Source of the DNA: the human T2T-CHM13v2.0 reference genome, Homo sapiens
Reading direction: 5' to 3' (one strand)
Assembly (NCBI RefSeq): GCF_009914755.1
Contig: NC_060933.1
Length of the DNA: 64,000 nt
A program made the position numbers and the translations under genes. This document shows positions 37,940-54,936 of this stretch, in pieces; position 1 is the stretch's first letter; each line of letters opens with the position of its first letter. The notes beneath the pieces were generated by a model. That model was given only the letters and a program-made list of their open reading frames with translations. It made no database searches and had not been told where the DNA came from.

Positions 37940-38384
37940 AGTTTTGACCAGGTCACTCCCCTGCCTAAAATCCTGTAATGGCTTTATTGAGCTCATAGGA
38001 TCACATCTAAGCTCTCTCCTTGTTTTTTTTTTTTTTTTTTTTTTTGCCTTTTCCTTTGTGCCCAGAATTTCTTGAATACATCATGCTGTTTCTTGCCTTT
38101 GTGCCTTTTGTCTTCTGCCTAGCATGACTAGCGTAGTTCCTAGATTGTTTCTTTTAATCTATTATAGCTCAACTCTTTTCTTAGTAGATATCTGCCTTGT
38201 TTTCCAGGCAATACCATTGCCTCTGTTTGCATTGTCATTACTTATTTTACCTGTGTCTCCCACCAAACTTGGAGTCTATTAAAGGAGCAAGATCTGTGCC
38301 TCACTCATCTTTGTATCCCCAGTAACGTGCATGGTCTCTGGTGCACAGTGGATGCTTAATTAATGTTTGTTGAATGAATGAATA
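37940..38384 (+). mobile_element. L2 3' end
   Basis: ctcatctttgtatccccag...gcacagtggatgcttaattaatgtttgttgaatgaatgaat terminal repeat. Confidence 0.8.
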
Positions 38385-39289
38385 TGTTGATCCCTCAGTG
38401 ATGAAGAAATGCTGGCATCTAATTTCTAAGACAGCCTTCCTTACATGTAGCTGAAGTTTCCTACGCTTTTGGCCCAAATTCTGGCCACTGAAATAATTCA
38501 GAATAATTTTTCTTCTTCTGGCACAATAACATTTGAAGTAGTTGAATTTAGTTAAATCCTCCTTTTGCTAGGTCAAAGATCCCCAATTCTTCCACTTGTC
38601 TTCTTGTAAATACCCTATGTATCTCATTACTATCTTGGCTGGCCTCCTTTACTTGTGTTCTAGGTGACACCTGTGTTTCTTAAAACAAGATGCCAAGATC
38701 AGAGCTAAAAGCTCCAGATATTGTTTTAAGTGGCAGGCAGCCCAGGGGAGCAACCCTTTCTTTTGTCCTGTAAGCCAAACTTAAAAGTTATTTAAAAGTT
38801 AACATAAGGTAGCAACTGACTTTGGTAATATAATACATATGATGAAATATACATATAATAAAAATATATTAATATTTTAAAATATAATAAAATGATAATT
38901 ATGACAAAAATAAAAGCTATTGGTGCTTTATCTTATTAATCTTTTATAATAACACCAGAGGGCAAGTATTATTATCTTATTATCTCCCCTTTACAGATGA
39001 GGAAACTCAGAGTGGATAGAGGTTATCTTACTTTTTAAAAACCATAATAAGAAATTCTGAGTGGCAGAGACATGACGGGGTCCTTGACTGACTGTAGATT
39101 TGTTTAGCACAGGTCTCATATTTTAAACCATCACACTATAAATGGATGCCTCATGAGACTTCCATGAGCTTTCTGAAACTAAGTGCAAAATGCTGTATAA
39201 AAATATGTGTTTCTAAGGTGAATGTACTCAATTTTTATCATGTTCCCAAAGGAATGTTTTCCCAAAGAGGTTAAGAATCACTGTATTAA

Positions 39290-39600
39290 AGGTAGACTGA
39301 CATTGAGCTTGTAGCCAGTTCAAACAAGGAGTTCATTTTCCTATACATTGCTCTTAAATTTCTTCCCTCAAGTTGCATAACTGGTTTTCTGAACCTACAT
39401 TTGGCATAGTAATACACTTAGCTCTATTGAATTTAATCTTACCAGTTTCTTCTCTTTCAAGGCCATTTCTTTTTATCGCACCTCTGTTATTTAACATATT
39501 TGCTATTTCCTCAAATAATTTGATCGGCATTCTCTCTTGATTTGTATCTAAATCATTGCTCAATGTGAGGGCTGACCCAGGGGAGGGTAATGGCTGTTGA
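39290..39600 (-). mobile_element. CR1/L3 LINE reverse-transcriptase fragment
   Basis: ORF 39354-39695(-) SNDLDTNQERMPIKLF..IANMLNNR..LERE..KIKFNRAKC..VGSENQL parallels the CR1 RT C-terminal pattern INDLD..MLIKFADD..LERW..MKFNRDKCKVLHLG.KNQL. Confidence 0.75.
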
Positions 39601-39832
39601 AAATGGTTTGCAGAGCCTGTGTCTCCTTTGCATTTGTTTTTCTCCTCAGGTTGCTTGGGGTTTCTCTGGGAGTAGACAGAGGCAATCCTCCACATATTAA
39701 CAACTAAATAATCTGCTGTTTTTAACCAGTGGCAGCCTTTCTGAGTCTCTGGGTCCAGATTTCTGAGAGTCTACTCGTTGTGCCCTTTATATGATGCTCT
39801 GTCTCACAGGATGGAATTTGATGTCAGCATTC

Positions 39833-40050
39833 TTTTTTTTTTTGAGACAGGATCTCGTTCTGTCATCCAGGCTAGAGTGCAGTGCTGCAATCATATCTCA
39901 CAGCTGCCTCAAACTCCTGGGCTCAAATAATCCTCCCACCTCAGCCTCCCAAGTAGCTGGGACTATAGGCATGTACCGCCATACCACATCCTAGATGTGG
40001 TTAAAAAAAAATTTTTTTTTTTTTTTGTAGAGATGAGATCTTGCTATGTT
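39833..40050 (-). mobile_element. 5'-truncated AluJ
   Basis: gagacaggatctcgttctgtcatccagg...tgtagagatgagatcttgctatgtt. gcattcttt flanks on both sides. Confidence 0.85.
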
Positions 40051-40195
40051 TTGGCATTCTTTATTAAACACGTTAGAGTTCCATAGGTCCTTTCTTCCAT
40101 CAAGGTCTTTTAGTTAATTTTTTTCTCCTTGTAACTCTTTTGAAGCACATCTCATCTCCTGAATTACCCTTTGTGCTACCCCCAGTGAGTGCTTT

Positions 40196-40489
40196 ATTTT
40201 TATTATTTTGAGACAAGGTCGCGCTCTGTCACACAGGTGCTGGAGTGCAGTGGTGCAATCACAGCTCACTGGAAGCTCCATCTCTTGGGCTCAAATGATT
40301 TTCCCACCTAAGCTCCAGAATAGCTGGAACTACAGGCATGCACTACCGTGTCTGGCTAATTTTTTGTACTTTTTGTAGAGATGGGGTTTCACCATGTTGC
40401 CCAGGCTGATCATGAACTCCTGTGCTCAAGCAATCCTTCCACCTCGGCCTCCCAAAATGCTGGGATTACAAGTGTGAGCCACCGCACCT
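40196..40489 (-). mobile_element. AluJ
   Basis: Full dimer. TSD agtgagtgcttt (40184-40195, 40490-40501). Confidence 0.9.
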
Positions 40490-41802
40490 AGTGAGTGCTT
40501 TCTGAGAAACCAGGCCCATGTCTAGTATCAGATCACAGAAATGAGACCTACCCCAATTTATTTATTCCTAGTCTTCAAGTTATTTCAAAGGCAAATAACT
40601 CTGATATTAAGTGTAGCACAGGTACAAGTCTTTCTTCCTGTTTATTTTCCAACAGATTTGCAGTATGGGCTACATCTAGTGACATTAAGGACCTCTTCAA
40701 TAATACACATTTCCAATTTCTGAGGAAAAACTAATTATCAAACAGCTTTAGAGTTTTCTGCAACTTTATACTAATCTCTTATTGCCTCTGTGATCAGTAA
40801 TAATCTATGTATTTGCATTTTTAAAAATCTTTTAGGTCTCCTACCTACATTTCATCATTTCTGACTTTTCTCTTTGGTAACAACAAATGGTATTTTATTC
40901 TATATTCATGATTTATAGTTTTTATTTTACATAATTGTTTCAAAATGATTATTTCTCATCAAAGGCTCTATCTACTGATTTATTCTGATTCCTCCATTAA
41001 ATCTCTCCCTTTATCTAGTAGCATTTTGAACTACTTTTTCCAGTTCCATGAGAATCATGTCATATTTTTGTCATTACTTAGAAACATACATAAGTATTGG
41101 CTCATGTTTCCCTTTAACTTTAATAGCCTTCAGTGTCAACCCCAACTTCAAAAACACTGAAGTGCTAAGGTGACTCCATAGCAACCACCAATTTGCTTAT
41201 CCCTTTCTAAGTTCAATGACACCTGGCACCTTGGCCTTTATGCCGGAGAATTATAGGGAAGATGTTTTAAGTGTTACTGTTTCCATTTTTTTTAAGTTTT
41301 TTATTACACAGTGGAAAAAAAAAACTAGGCTTGGGTTTGAGTCTCAGTTGGATCACTTACTAGTTTTGTTGCTGTGGGCACCTCACTGTACTTCTAAAGC
41401 TCTCAATATTCCCACATTTAAAATGGGGTAGTGATGCCTACCATACCACAACACAGGGACTGTCATCAGGAATGAGGGAGACGAATATGTAAACACTTTC
41501 TCAGTCTCACAGTACTCTGTAAAATAGAAGGTACTGTGTGTTTGGGGGAAGTAGAGATAATAATTCTATACTCTGGTCGTTCGCAATCATTCTTAATATT
41601 TCTTTTAATTTCTGTAATTAAAGGTTCTTGAATTCCTATTCTGGCTCATTTCAGTGCCATGTTCCATTTAATCTTCTCAGTCTCCCTCACTGAGCAGTCA
41701 GGAGCTTGTCCCTATTTGAAGCTTCAGCTAGCATTTTGCTAGTGCCTAAGCCAGTCTGTACTCCAGCCCTGCCCAGGCCCTCTTGGTGGACAGAATCCTA
41801 GA

Positions 41803-42265
41803 TGTGGTAAATAGCATGTCTTAGCCTTGATTCTCGCCTCTCCTTGCATCCACTCTTTGCCTTGACTCTGGCTTTAAGCTCCGTAACTTGCTTTGGCCTC
41901 TAGGATATTAACGGATGTGATAGAAGCAGAGCCTTGAAAACTGTTTGTGACAGGGCCTGCTCTATCACTCTCATGCCTTTGTTAATGCCAGTGTGAACAT
42001 GCCCAGGCTAGACTGCTGGTCCCAGGAGGAATAGTGACACATGGACCAAAGCAGAGTATCCTGTCACCCTAGTCGAGATCAATGTAGATTAGCCACACCC
42101 AGCAGACCCCAGATATGTAAGCAATCGCTGTCAACATCAGCAGAGCCACCTTGCTGACGCCCAGCTGGTCCCCAATATGTAAGCGTAATAATTTATCGTT
42201 GTATGGCTCTGAAACTGTAGGGTTGTTTGTTACATATTTTAATTGTAGCAATAGATAAACTAGAT
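41803..42265 (+). mobile_element. MLT1 (G/H-like) MaLR LTR
   Basis: taacttgctttggcc..ggatattaacggatgtgatagaagcagag, gaacatgcccaggctag, gggttgtttgttac..gcaatagataa. Confidence 0.75.
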
Positions 42266-42848
42266 GTCATAACTCTCTGAGTTCCTGGCTTTAAGAACAG
42301 TAGTCTCAGAGATTAAGATCCTGAAAAGTACTATAATGGGCAAAACAGAAGTGTCGTAATTCACAGAGTTCCAGAGAAATAAAAACTAAAATGCTATTAA
42401 ATATATTTTAAAATCAGATTCTTCAGCATGAAACGTCTCTCTGGTGGGCAACCCATCTCTTGAATCACCTTCAATGATTAAGGAGAAATGACCGTGGCAT
42501 TGTGATTTGCTGAGACAGGTGCTCATATAAGTGCTATGCTATTCAGAAGGCACCACTTTTTAAAGTTTTATACTGAGCTTCTTAGCCTAAAATTGAATAT
42601 CTTTTTTACTTCCATTTCCCTTCCTTTTATTTTCAGCAAATGCCAGAAAAATGGTAGCATCATCGCTGGCCTCTTCACCAATTACCACAACACTTAAGTA
42701 CACATTTTCCAGATATGTTTTCCGGTCTGTCTATTGATAAATTACACATGTTTGATTTCTCTATCCAGTCCCAGTTGACCCACTTGTGGTATACAAAAGA
42801 GAAATACATTATTGATGGTGGAAAAAAATGTGAAGTATTGATACTCAC

Positions 42849-43078
42849 CTACTTCTACTGACTTTTCATCGCATAACCCTGGCCCATTATGTAAGAAGAC
42901 ATGTGAGGATGATATTCCACATCAGGAGATTTGGGATGGAGTACATAGCACAATGGAGCTTGACAAGAGGACAGAGAAATGAATGTCAAATTCCTGACCT
43001 TTAAAATTAAAAGTTTCTATTAATCTTTCCATAATCTGTCTTCTCTGTTCTTCCCTCACTAGATAAAGATGCTCCCAG
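42849..43078 (-). other. Candidate minus-strand exon (230 bp; alternative acceptor gives 150 bp)
   Basis: Reverse-complement acceptor ttttttccctctcttcag| at 43079 and donor TAG|GTGAGTAT at 42848. Confidence 0.3.
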
Positions 43079-43239
43079 CTGAAGAGAGGGAAAAAATTTG
43101 GAAACATAAAGAGAAATAGACACTGGTTTTAGGGATAAGCCCCTTTTTGGGTCAATAAGTAATGAGCCAAGTGATAGGCAAAGAGACTATTAGACCCTCA
43201 GATAAGTGTAAGTATAGAGGAAACAGTGCTATAGAAGAT

Positions 43240-43550
43240 ATTGATATAGCACACTAACATTCAAGCCTTGCTCTTCCTCTGGGCATATGAGACATTGTAC
43301 TTCTCCTTGAAGATAGGTATGAACTTGTGAATTGCTTTGGCCACTAAATTGTAAATGAAAGTGACTTGGCTCATTTCTATGTCCAAGCATCTAATTACTG
43401 GAGCTAGACTTTCCAGCCTGCTGCTTCTTCTTACATCAAGACAGAGGTCATGGAGAGTTCTCTGGAATTGTAGTGGATTTTATATGAGTGAGGAATAAAA
43501 TTTTGTTGATCTTTTGGGTATTGTTTATTACTGTAGCATAACTTCCCCTA
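43240..43550 (+). mobile_element. Old MLT1 (J/I-like) LTR fragment
   Basis: cttgtgaattgctttggcc..gaaagtgact, atgagtgaggaataaaattttgttg, tgtttattactgtagcataac. Confidence 0.6.
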
Positions 43551-45298
43551 TCTGTGTTCTGTTTCCCATCTGGGTGGCTGGAAGGGAGAGACACACAAAG
43601 ATCTCAGGCCACTCAGCATGGGGTAGTAGAGCTGAAATTACTGCACTGGTGTCAAAGAGAGGGCTTGTTCACAGATCCTAATTGTTCTATTGCCCCAAGA
43701 AGAAGGGTAGCAACTACCACATGTCCCTAATAAAAGTAAACTTTTCAGCAGATGCAGAAATCTGGATTTCCAAAGTGTTCTCAAGGTCATGACAAGGGGA
43801 TGCAACCACGAGTGGTGGTGTGAACCATTCAATCTGAGACCCAGATGAGTTCTGGGATTTGGCCACTTTCAGTGGAAGCCCATTTGGGGGTTAACACTAA
43901 GTATAAGATGTTATGATTGCATATATCAGGAGTTGTCAACTCTGGACAACCACAGAGACACTTTCTCATATATACTACATCACTGTGTAAGCACTTGAGT
44001 TAGAATTAACTGCAGAGAGAAGGGAGAAAGGGGAAAGTTCACAATCTGATTCAGTGTAATGCTGAAACAAGAAATTACTGAAGTGGTTGGGTTTACTTGG
44101 AAGTGACCAGATCAATTGTCTATCAGGAAATATGAAGGGCTTGAGATAGAAATCAACTTCAGTTATTAAGAAAAAGCTCTAGTTTTGAACATCTGAAGTT
44201 GTGGTATGAAAATCAGGCATACTTCATATTTTTGTAAGAGGATTGAACAGAACAGAATTTTAAAAGAGTGGGATCTAATGATTTTACATAGAAACACAAA
44301 GCCATGCTATTTCACAACTTGGTGTGGTTGGCATTGGTGAGGAATTGTTGTATTACTTCACCTGGTTAGAAGCCTGCTGGGCCTCTTGAGAACATAGACC
44401 TGTCTGTTACCATTGGCATGGGATTATGCCTACCCAGCTGCTCTCATATGGTCAGCCTCTGTGGCTCAAACCCTTAACCCCTGGCTTATTGTGGCAGGTG
44501 GGTCTCTAGCCAGGTGCTGGCTTCTTCAGAGATAGGACACTTTGTCAAGTGATCAACCTGCCCAATGAATATTAGTGTTCAGTGACCCATAACACTGGGC
44601 ACTAGTGTTGGGTGTGACAGATTATTTTTTCTTGGTTAGCACTTCTTTGTTGACTTACCTTGAAAATAAAAGTATTTTAAAATATGCACATGAGATTAAG
44701 ATATCCACAAAGTTACAATGTACTCATTTATATCGTGCTACATATTTGATAAGCACTCATTAGAAAAATAAAATTAAGTTGCAAATGCTCTTAGATTAAC
44801 TAGTTAAAATAATCCTTCAAATGCTGAGAATGTGGCAAAAGAGAAATATAGTATGCCTTGAGTGATGTAGGAATTTCAAAAGAAGTTGAAATGTGAGCAA
44901 ACTATTTCCTAAGTATATTAATACAGGACCTTCATTAAATCTATTTAACAACTTCATGAGGAAGACTTATGCATACTTGGCAGATGAGGAAACTGAGATG
45001 CAAGAATAACTTCTCCAATGTCGTGTAACCACTAAAATAATAGAGCTGTTTTTTTTGTTTCTAAAAATCATCAAATCTAGCTCTCTACTTTAGCACATTT
45101 CTGTACAGACTTCATACCAACTTTTTTGATGGTTTGGATTCTTTCCTCATTCTTATTGGTGTTCCTGATAGGTCAGATTTCTTTAGATAGACTTACATGA
45201 GATGATCAAAGTTTTCATTCACTTTTTCTTGGGTCGACTGGTGTGATAGCGGCAGCTGAATTCAGAAAAATGAAATACCCATTTAGGTTTGTTTCAGT

Positions 45299-45477
45299 CA
45301 GTGGTTCTCAAACTTGGCTGTACATGAGAATCAACTGCAGAGCTTTCAAACCATACTGATACCTGGGATCCACCTTGGTCCAATTACATTAGAATCCCTG
45401 GGGGTGGAGCCTGGGCATTGCTCTTTTACAAAGGATCCCAGGCGATATTAATGTGTAGCCAGGGCTGAGAACCACTG
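45299..45477. mobile_element. MER5A-type hAT-Charlie MITE
   Basis: TIRs cagtggttctca...tgagaaccactg. Confidence 0.9.
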
Positions 45478-46423
45478 GCTTAAGCTAACTTTTCAACACA
45501 CTGAAAATCAGATTCTAACAGGATAAAGCAATTAACACAGGTACTAAGTCAATGCACTCAGCATCTTATCAAAACAAGTAATCATCAGTAGGAGGTAAAG
45601 ACAAGAACTCTAATCAGTCATTAAGAAGGACCACCAAGATCTGTAACTCAGGATGTTATTCCAGAACTTGAGAAATGAATGAGCTCTCTGTTGTAGTATT
45701 GGCATTGAAATCTTACATTATTTCAGATTTTTAAAATGAGAAGAGGGAAAATAGAGGATGAAACTATTGGGACTGATGCTTTGGGATTTTCCCATGCTTT
45801 CGTATTTATGAAGCCAAGTGTTTGATCAGGAATGGGTTGTCTGTGTATAATAAAACTGCAATCAAAGAGGAAGTCTTGTGCTCAGTGCCAGGGACATAAG
45901 GAACCCAATTCCTGCCTGAGAAAAATTTACACTATTTGGAAAGACAGGACATATATCAGGAGCTACCTTAAAGTAATGTGACTGAATCTACAATACATTT
46001 AAAACTCAAGTCGTCATTTTAAAAAAGTAATATCTTGTGGTAAAAAGGGTGTCAAAATTAATCACAGTAGGACATCCTAAATGCTAGATAAGTGTTACAT
46101 CCCTCAAATCATATCCTATAATTTTGCCAAAAAAAAAAGCTTAGTTTCCTCATAGACTATCATCTCCTGCCAAGTCTCCTTTATCTGTGTCTCCATTGAA
46201 CACCAAGTCATGTTAACTTTACCTTTTCAGTATTACTCAATTCATTGTCTTCTCTTTAGTTTAGGAAACGGCTTTTTCTCTACTGGATCATAGAAATAGT
46301 CTTCTGTCTGCGTCTAGCTCTTTTCGAATTCTAGATCCTCTCAGGCTAGAAAAGCCACAGGATGGCTCCCCATTGCTGGCTGGAAAGGTTCAAGGTCCAA
46401 AATGTGGCATACAGCCTTCCTAC

Positions 46424-47325
46424 TGTAAACTAAAAATAAAATCCTAAGCCCCTACTGACTAAATGAACACCTCTTGGCCAAGAGGACCCAATAAACCCTT
46501 AAAAACTAAATTACCAACCATGATGGGAAAGGAGGTCAGACATGCCTGTTTATACCCCTTCCCTTTCTGAGTTTAGACACAACTGATCAGCATTAAAGTG
46601 ATTATAAGATTAACAAAACAGACTCTGTCAATAAAATGCCAAATTATAAATGGAACCTATGGCTATGCCAGGCAAGCGTTAGGTCACACTCCCCCTACAC
46701 TTAAAGAAGAAACTATGTTCTAATTGCCACAATATTTTTCTTTTTCTCTAGCAGCTAAACAATCACTGGCCTCCAGATAAACAATATTAAAACAATTTGT
46801 CGCTTCACCAGACACTGAACTGACTCCCAGCTCCTGTTCTACCAGCTATAACTATAGCTTTGATTGGACAAGAGACTGATTTCAGAAACTTCCTCCTCAT
46901 AATGAGACCACTGACCATGGACTGGTTCTGGCCAGTTTACAGAGGCTGCACACTCAAATGCCTTTGTGTCCCTGTTTTACCTTTTGAAGTATAGGGCCTA
47001 ATTGTGTACATTTAAATGTTAACTCTCCACCCCAAGATGAACATGGGTCATCTGTTACATGTATGTTTGCTCACTATGCATGTTCCAGGACCACCGTCAT
47101 TAATACTCATAGCTCCTCTTTTAACCTGCTGAACATGTGTACTTGACCAAACTGTTCCGCTTAAATTCCTGTCATACCCCTTTCTCCCTCCAAGTGCCTG
47201 TCTCCCATCTTTGCTGAAGACATGCTTACTAGCCTGTGGGGTGGCCACCTTGCAGGCCCTAACCCTTTAAAAGAAATAAAGTCTCCTTTTCCAAATTTGA
47301 AGGTCTTGTGATTTTTAAGTTAATA
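46424..47325 (+). mobile_element. Solo MER4-group (MER4B/D-like) ERV1 LTR
   Basis: tgtaaactaaaaataaaatcctaagcccc start, agaaataaagtctcc poly(A) region, gtgatttttaagttaata end. Perfect 4-bp TSD ctac. Confidence 0.85.
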
Positions 47326-48276
47326 CTACTCCAAGTCGATTTTCAGACCAGAAGCATTTGCATCACCTGTTAAATGCAACTTATTAGATGTGCAGAATCT
47401 CGGAGGCTGTACCTGCAATGTATTTAGAACCTGCATTTTAATGAGATCCCTGGATTATTTGTGGGTACAGTAAAGTTTCAGCAGCCTTTGTGCATCTTAG
47501 GTCTCTTATGATCTGGTTTCAGCCCACTTCTCTTTCTCTGTTGTGTGTTCCAGAAATATCAAACACACCCCAAAGGGGCTGCCCTTCTCAACACTGTCCC
47601 CTTGGCAAACGCGGGCTTGTTCTTCAAGACCTCTCTCTCGGAAGCAATTTCCTTTGTGTAGTTTTCTGGTCACTTTCTAGACAGTTAATCCTGTGAGGAT
47701 TTTCATCGTGTATGGGAAACTCTAGTGTTGAAATTGCTTGTTTACCTTTTACTTTGGCCTGCCAGAATCCAAGTGCTTGAAAAGCAGGAGCAGTGTGATC
47801 TTCATCGCAGTTTCCCTGGTTTTTTGTTCAGGGCGAGGCACAGGCCATACAATCAGCATTTCAAATCTTTTGCTCAGAATTTGGTCTCATAATCCCCTCT
47901 ACCTGCTTCATCTTTTGGGATAGTCATGTCTGAAGAAGAGGGTTCATAAGCTATTTCAGTCCTCATAAGTTGGAATTTAGCATTACTTTTCCTCATTAAA
48001 GTCCAGTAGATATTCAAATTTTCCCTATTTAATAGCTTTTCTAGCTTTTCTCTTTGTCCACAATGCTTTCATTTTGGCCCAGCCTTTGAAATTGGGCTTC
48101 TCAGTTATATCTTAGTTTTACAATTATCCTTGCTACATTGAAACAATGGAAGTTCTTACCAGGATGCTTTTGATTCAACTGCCTAGAACTTTCCCTCCTG
48201 GTTTTTCTAAGATATTCTGCTGTGCTAATCTCCTTCTTTCCTTTTAGTTCTTCCATAAACTAAGTTTTCCCAAGAA

Positions 48277-48464
48277 AAGAGTTGTCAGGCTAAGCAAGTA
48301 AAAATAAAAGATGCCTAGTTAAATTTGAATTTCAGATAAATGACAAATATTTTTTATTAGAAATATGGTCCAAATATTGCATGGGACATACTTACATTTA
48401 AAAAACGATTTGTCATTTGAAATTCAAATTTAACTGGGGATTTGGGATTATATCTGGCAACGCC
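48277..48464. mobile_element. MER53 hAT MITE
   Basis: gagttgtcag...agttaaatttgaatttcagataaa...ttgaaattcaaatttaactggg...atctggcaac palindromic structure. Confidence 0.8.
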
Positions 48465-48749
48465 CCCAAGGGTTTAGTCTTTGAAAAACTTACACTGCTT
48501 TTCATCTCTGAAGTAATGAATTAAAGAAGTTAGCAATTTGAAAGAGAAAGGGAAAAATTCAGGGAGAGCATTCAAAAGTTAGGATTTCATCATATAATCT
48601 AGCCAAAATAATGATGTTGAGTATATACGAAATACTCATTTCCAAGCTAAAAAAAATCTTTAGTGCTATATAGAACCTTGGTAATATTTCATAGGTAATT
48701 CGTATGTTCAGCGGTTTGTTTCAGTAAAGTTGGGAGGCAGAAGAGAGTA

Positions 48750-48940
48750 GCAGGTAAGAATGAAAGTGATGGAGTCAGCCCCTTGCATTGCAGACTTGAT
48801 GCCACCACTAACTCGTTGTGTAACATCGGGCTGGTTACTTCTTTTTCTGAGTCCCAGTTTTACTATTCTGTAAACTGGGATATAATTGTGGTTTCTGTAC
48901 AGAGATTTTTATGAGGATTAATGAGCTAATGCATGCATTT
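48750..48940 (+). mobile_element. MIR
   Basis: gccaccactaactcgttgtgtaac...ctgagtcccagtttt...tatgaggattaatgagctaatgcatg. Confidence 0.7.
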
Positions 48941-49124
48941 ATCTGATTTTATCACTAAACTTGGTCTTGTAAACATAATCATCTGTATTATGCAGGTGAG
49001 TTTGATCATCGTGTTTGAAAAGATATGCCTAACATTTTAGCAAGTAACCGAACCAATGAAGTTTTCCCAGATGGTATGTCAAATGGCCACAGTTTTGTAA
49101 TCTAAAATAATAAAAGGAGTTACC

Positions 49125-50028
49125 GGGGAGGAGCCAAGATGGCCAAATAGGAACAGCTCCGGTCTACAGCTCCCAGCGTGAGCGACGCAGAAGACGGTGA
49201 TTTCTGCATTTCCATCTGAGGTACCGGGTTCATCTCACTAGGGAGTGCCAGACAGTGGGCGCAGGTCAGTGGGTGCGTGCACCGTGCGCGAGCTGAAGCA
49301 GGGCGAGGCACTGCCTCACTTGGGAAGCGCAAGGGGTCAGGGAGTTCCCTTTCCTAGTCAAAGAAAGGGGTGATGGACGGCACCTGGAAAATTGGGTCAC
49401 TCCCACCCGACTACTGCGCTTTTCCGACGGGCTTAAAAAACGGCGCACCATGAGATTATATCCGGCACCTGGCTTGGAGGGTCCTACGCCCACGAGTCTC
49501 GCTGATTGCTAGCACAGCAGTCTGAGATCAAACTGCAAGGCGGCAGCGAGGCTGGGGGAGGGGCGCCCGCCATTGCCCAGGCTTGCTTAGGAAAACAAAG
49601 CAGCCGGGAAGCTCGAACTGGGCGGAGCCCGCCACAGCTCAAGGAGGCCTGCCTGCCTCTGTAGGCTCCACCTCTGGGGGCAGGGCACAGACAAACAAAA
49701 AGACAGCAGTAACCTCTGCAGACTTAAATGTCCCTGTCTGACAGCTTTGAAGAGAGCAGTGGTTCTCCCAGCACGCAGCTGGAGATCTGAGAACCGGCAG
49801 ACTGCCTCCTCAAGTGGGTCCCTGACCCCTGACCCCCGAGCAGCCTAACTGGGAGTCACCCCCCAGCAGGGGCACACTGACACCTCACACGGCAGGGTAT
49901 TCCAACAGACCTGCAGCTGAGGGTCCTGTCTGTTAGAAGGAAAACTAACAAACAGAAAGGACATCCACACCAAAAACCCATCTATACATCACCATCATCA
50001 AAGACCAAAAGTAGATAAAACCACAAAG
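49125..50028 (+). promoter_or_regulatory. L1 5' UTR: CpG-rich sense promoter and antisense promoter
   Basis: YY1 caagatggcc, many retained CpGs, SOX-like aaacaaa sites. Established L1 biology. Confidence 0.8.
49484..49573 (-). pseudogene. ORF0: L1 ORF0, frameshifted (29 aa MAGAPPPASLPPCSLISDCCASNQRDSWA*)
   Basis: ATG at 49573. A 1-bp deletion (cacgagtctc versus consensus cacggagtctc) shifts the frame. The remainder VGVGPSKPGAGYNLMVRRFLS is in ORF 49266-49493. Confidence 0.8.
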
Positions 50029-51045
50029 ATGGGGAAAAAACAGAACAGAAAAACTGGAAACTCTAGAAAGCAGAGCGCCTCTCCTCCTCCAAAGAAACGC
50101 AGTTCCTCACCAGCAACGGAACAAAGCTGGATGGAGAATGACTTTGACGAGCTGAGAGTAGAAGGCTTCAGACGATCAAATTACTCTGAGCTACGGGAGG
50201 ACATTCAAACCAAAGGCAAAGAAGTTGAAAACTTTGAAAAAAATTTAGAAGAATGTATAACTAGAATAACCAATACAGAGAAGTGCTTAAAGGACCTGAT
50301 GGAGCTGAAAACCAAGGCTCGAGAACTACGTGAAGAATGCAGAAGCCTCAGGAGCCGATGCGATCAACTGGAAGAAAGGGTATCAGCAATGGAAGATGAA
50401 ATGAATGAAATGAAGCGAGAAGGGAAGTTTAGAGAAAAAAGAATAAAAAGAAATGAGCAAAGCCTCCAAGAAATATGGGACTATGTGAAAAGACCAAATC
50501 TACGTCTGATTGGTGTACCTGAAAGTGATGGGGAGAATGGAACCAAGTTGGAAAACACTCTGCAGGATATTATCCAGGAGAACTTCCCCAATCTAGCAGG
50601 GCAGGCCAACGTTCAGATTCAGGAAATACAGAGAACGCCACAAAGATACTCCTCGAGAAGAGCAACTCCAAGACACATAATTGTCAGATTCACCAAAGTT
50701 GAAATGAAGGAAAAAATGTTAAGGGCAGCCAGAGAGAAAGGTCGGGTTACCCTCAAAGGAAAGCCCATCAGACTAACAGCGGATCTCTCGGCAGAAACCC
50801 TACAAGCCAGAAGAGAGTGGGGGCCAATATTCAACATTCTTAAAGACAAGAATTTTCAACCCAGAATTTCATATCCAGCCTAACTAAGCTTCATAAGTGA
50901 AGGAGAAATAAAATACTTTACAGAGAAGCAAATGCTGAGAGATTTTGTCACCACCAGGCCTGCCCTACAAGAGCTCCTGAAGGAAGCGCTAAACATGGAA
51001 AGGAACAACCGGTACCAGCCACTGCAAAATCATGCCAAAATGTAA
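50029..51045 (+). pseudogene. L1 ORF1p (338 codons) with one premature stop at codon 285
   Basis: MGKKQNRKTGNS...; TAA at 50881-50883; frame continues to the natural stop at 51043-51045. Confidence 0.95.
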
Positions 51046-51093
51046 AGACCATCAAGACTAGGAAGAAACTGCCTCAACTAACGAGCAAAATAA

Positions 51094-54936
<3,843 letters not shown>

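Noticed and set aside
42601-42896. Strong + strand acceptor at 42636
   Set aside because: Only weak downstream donors; not enough to call an exon.
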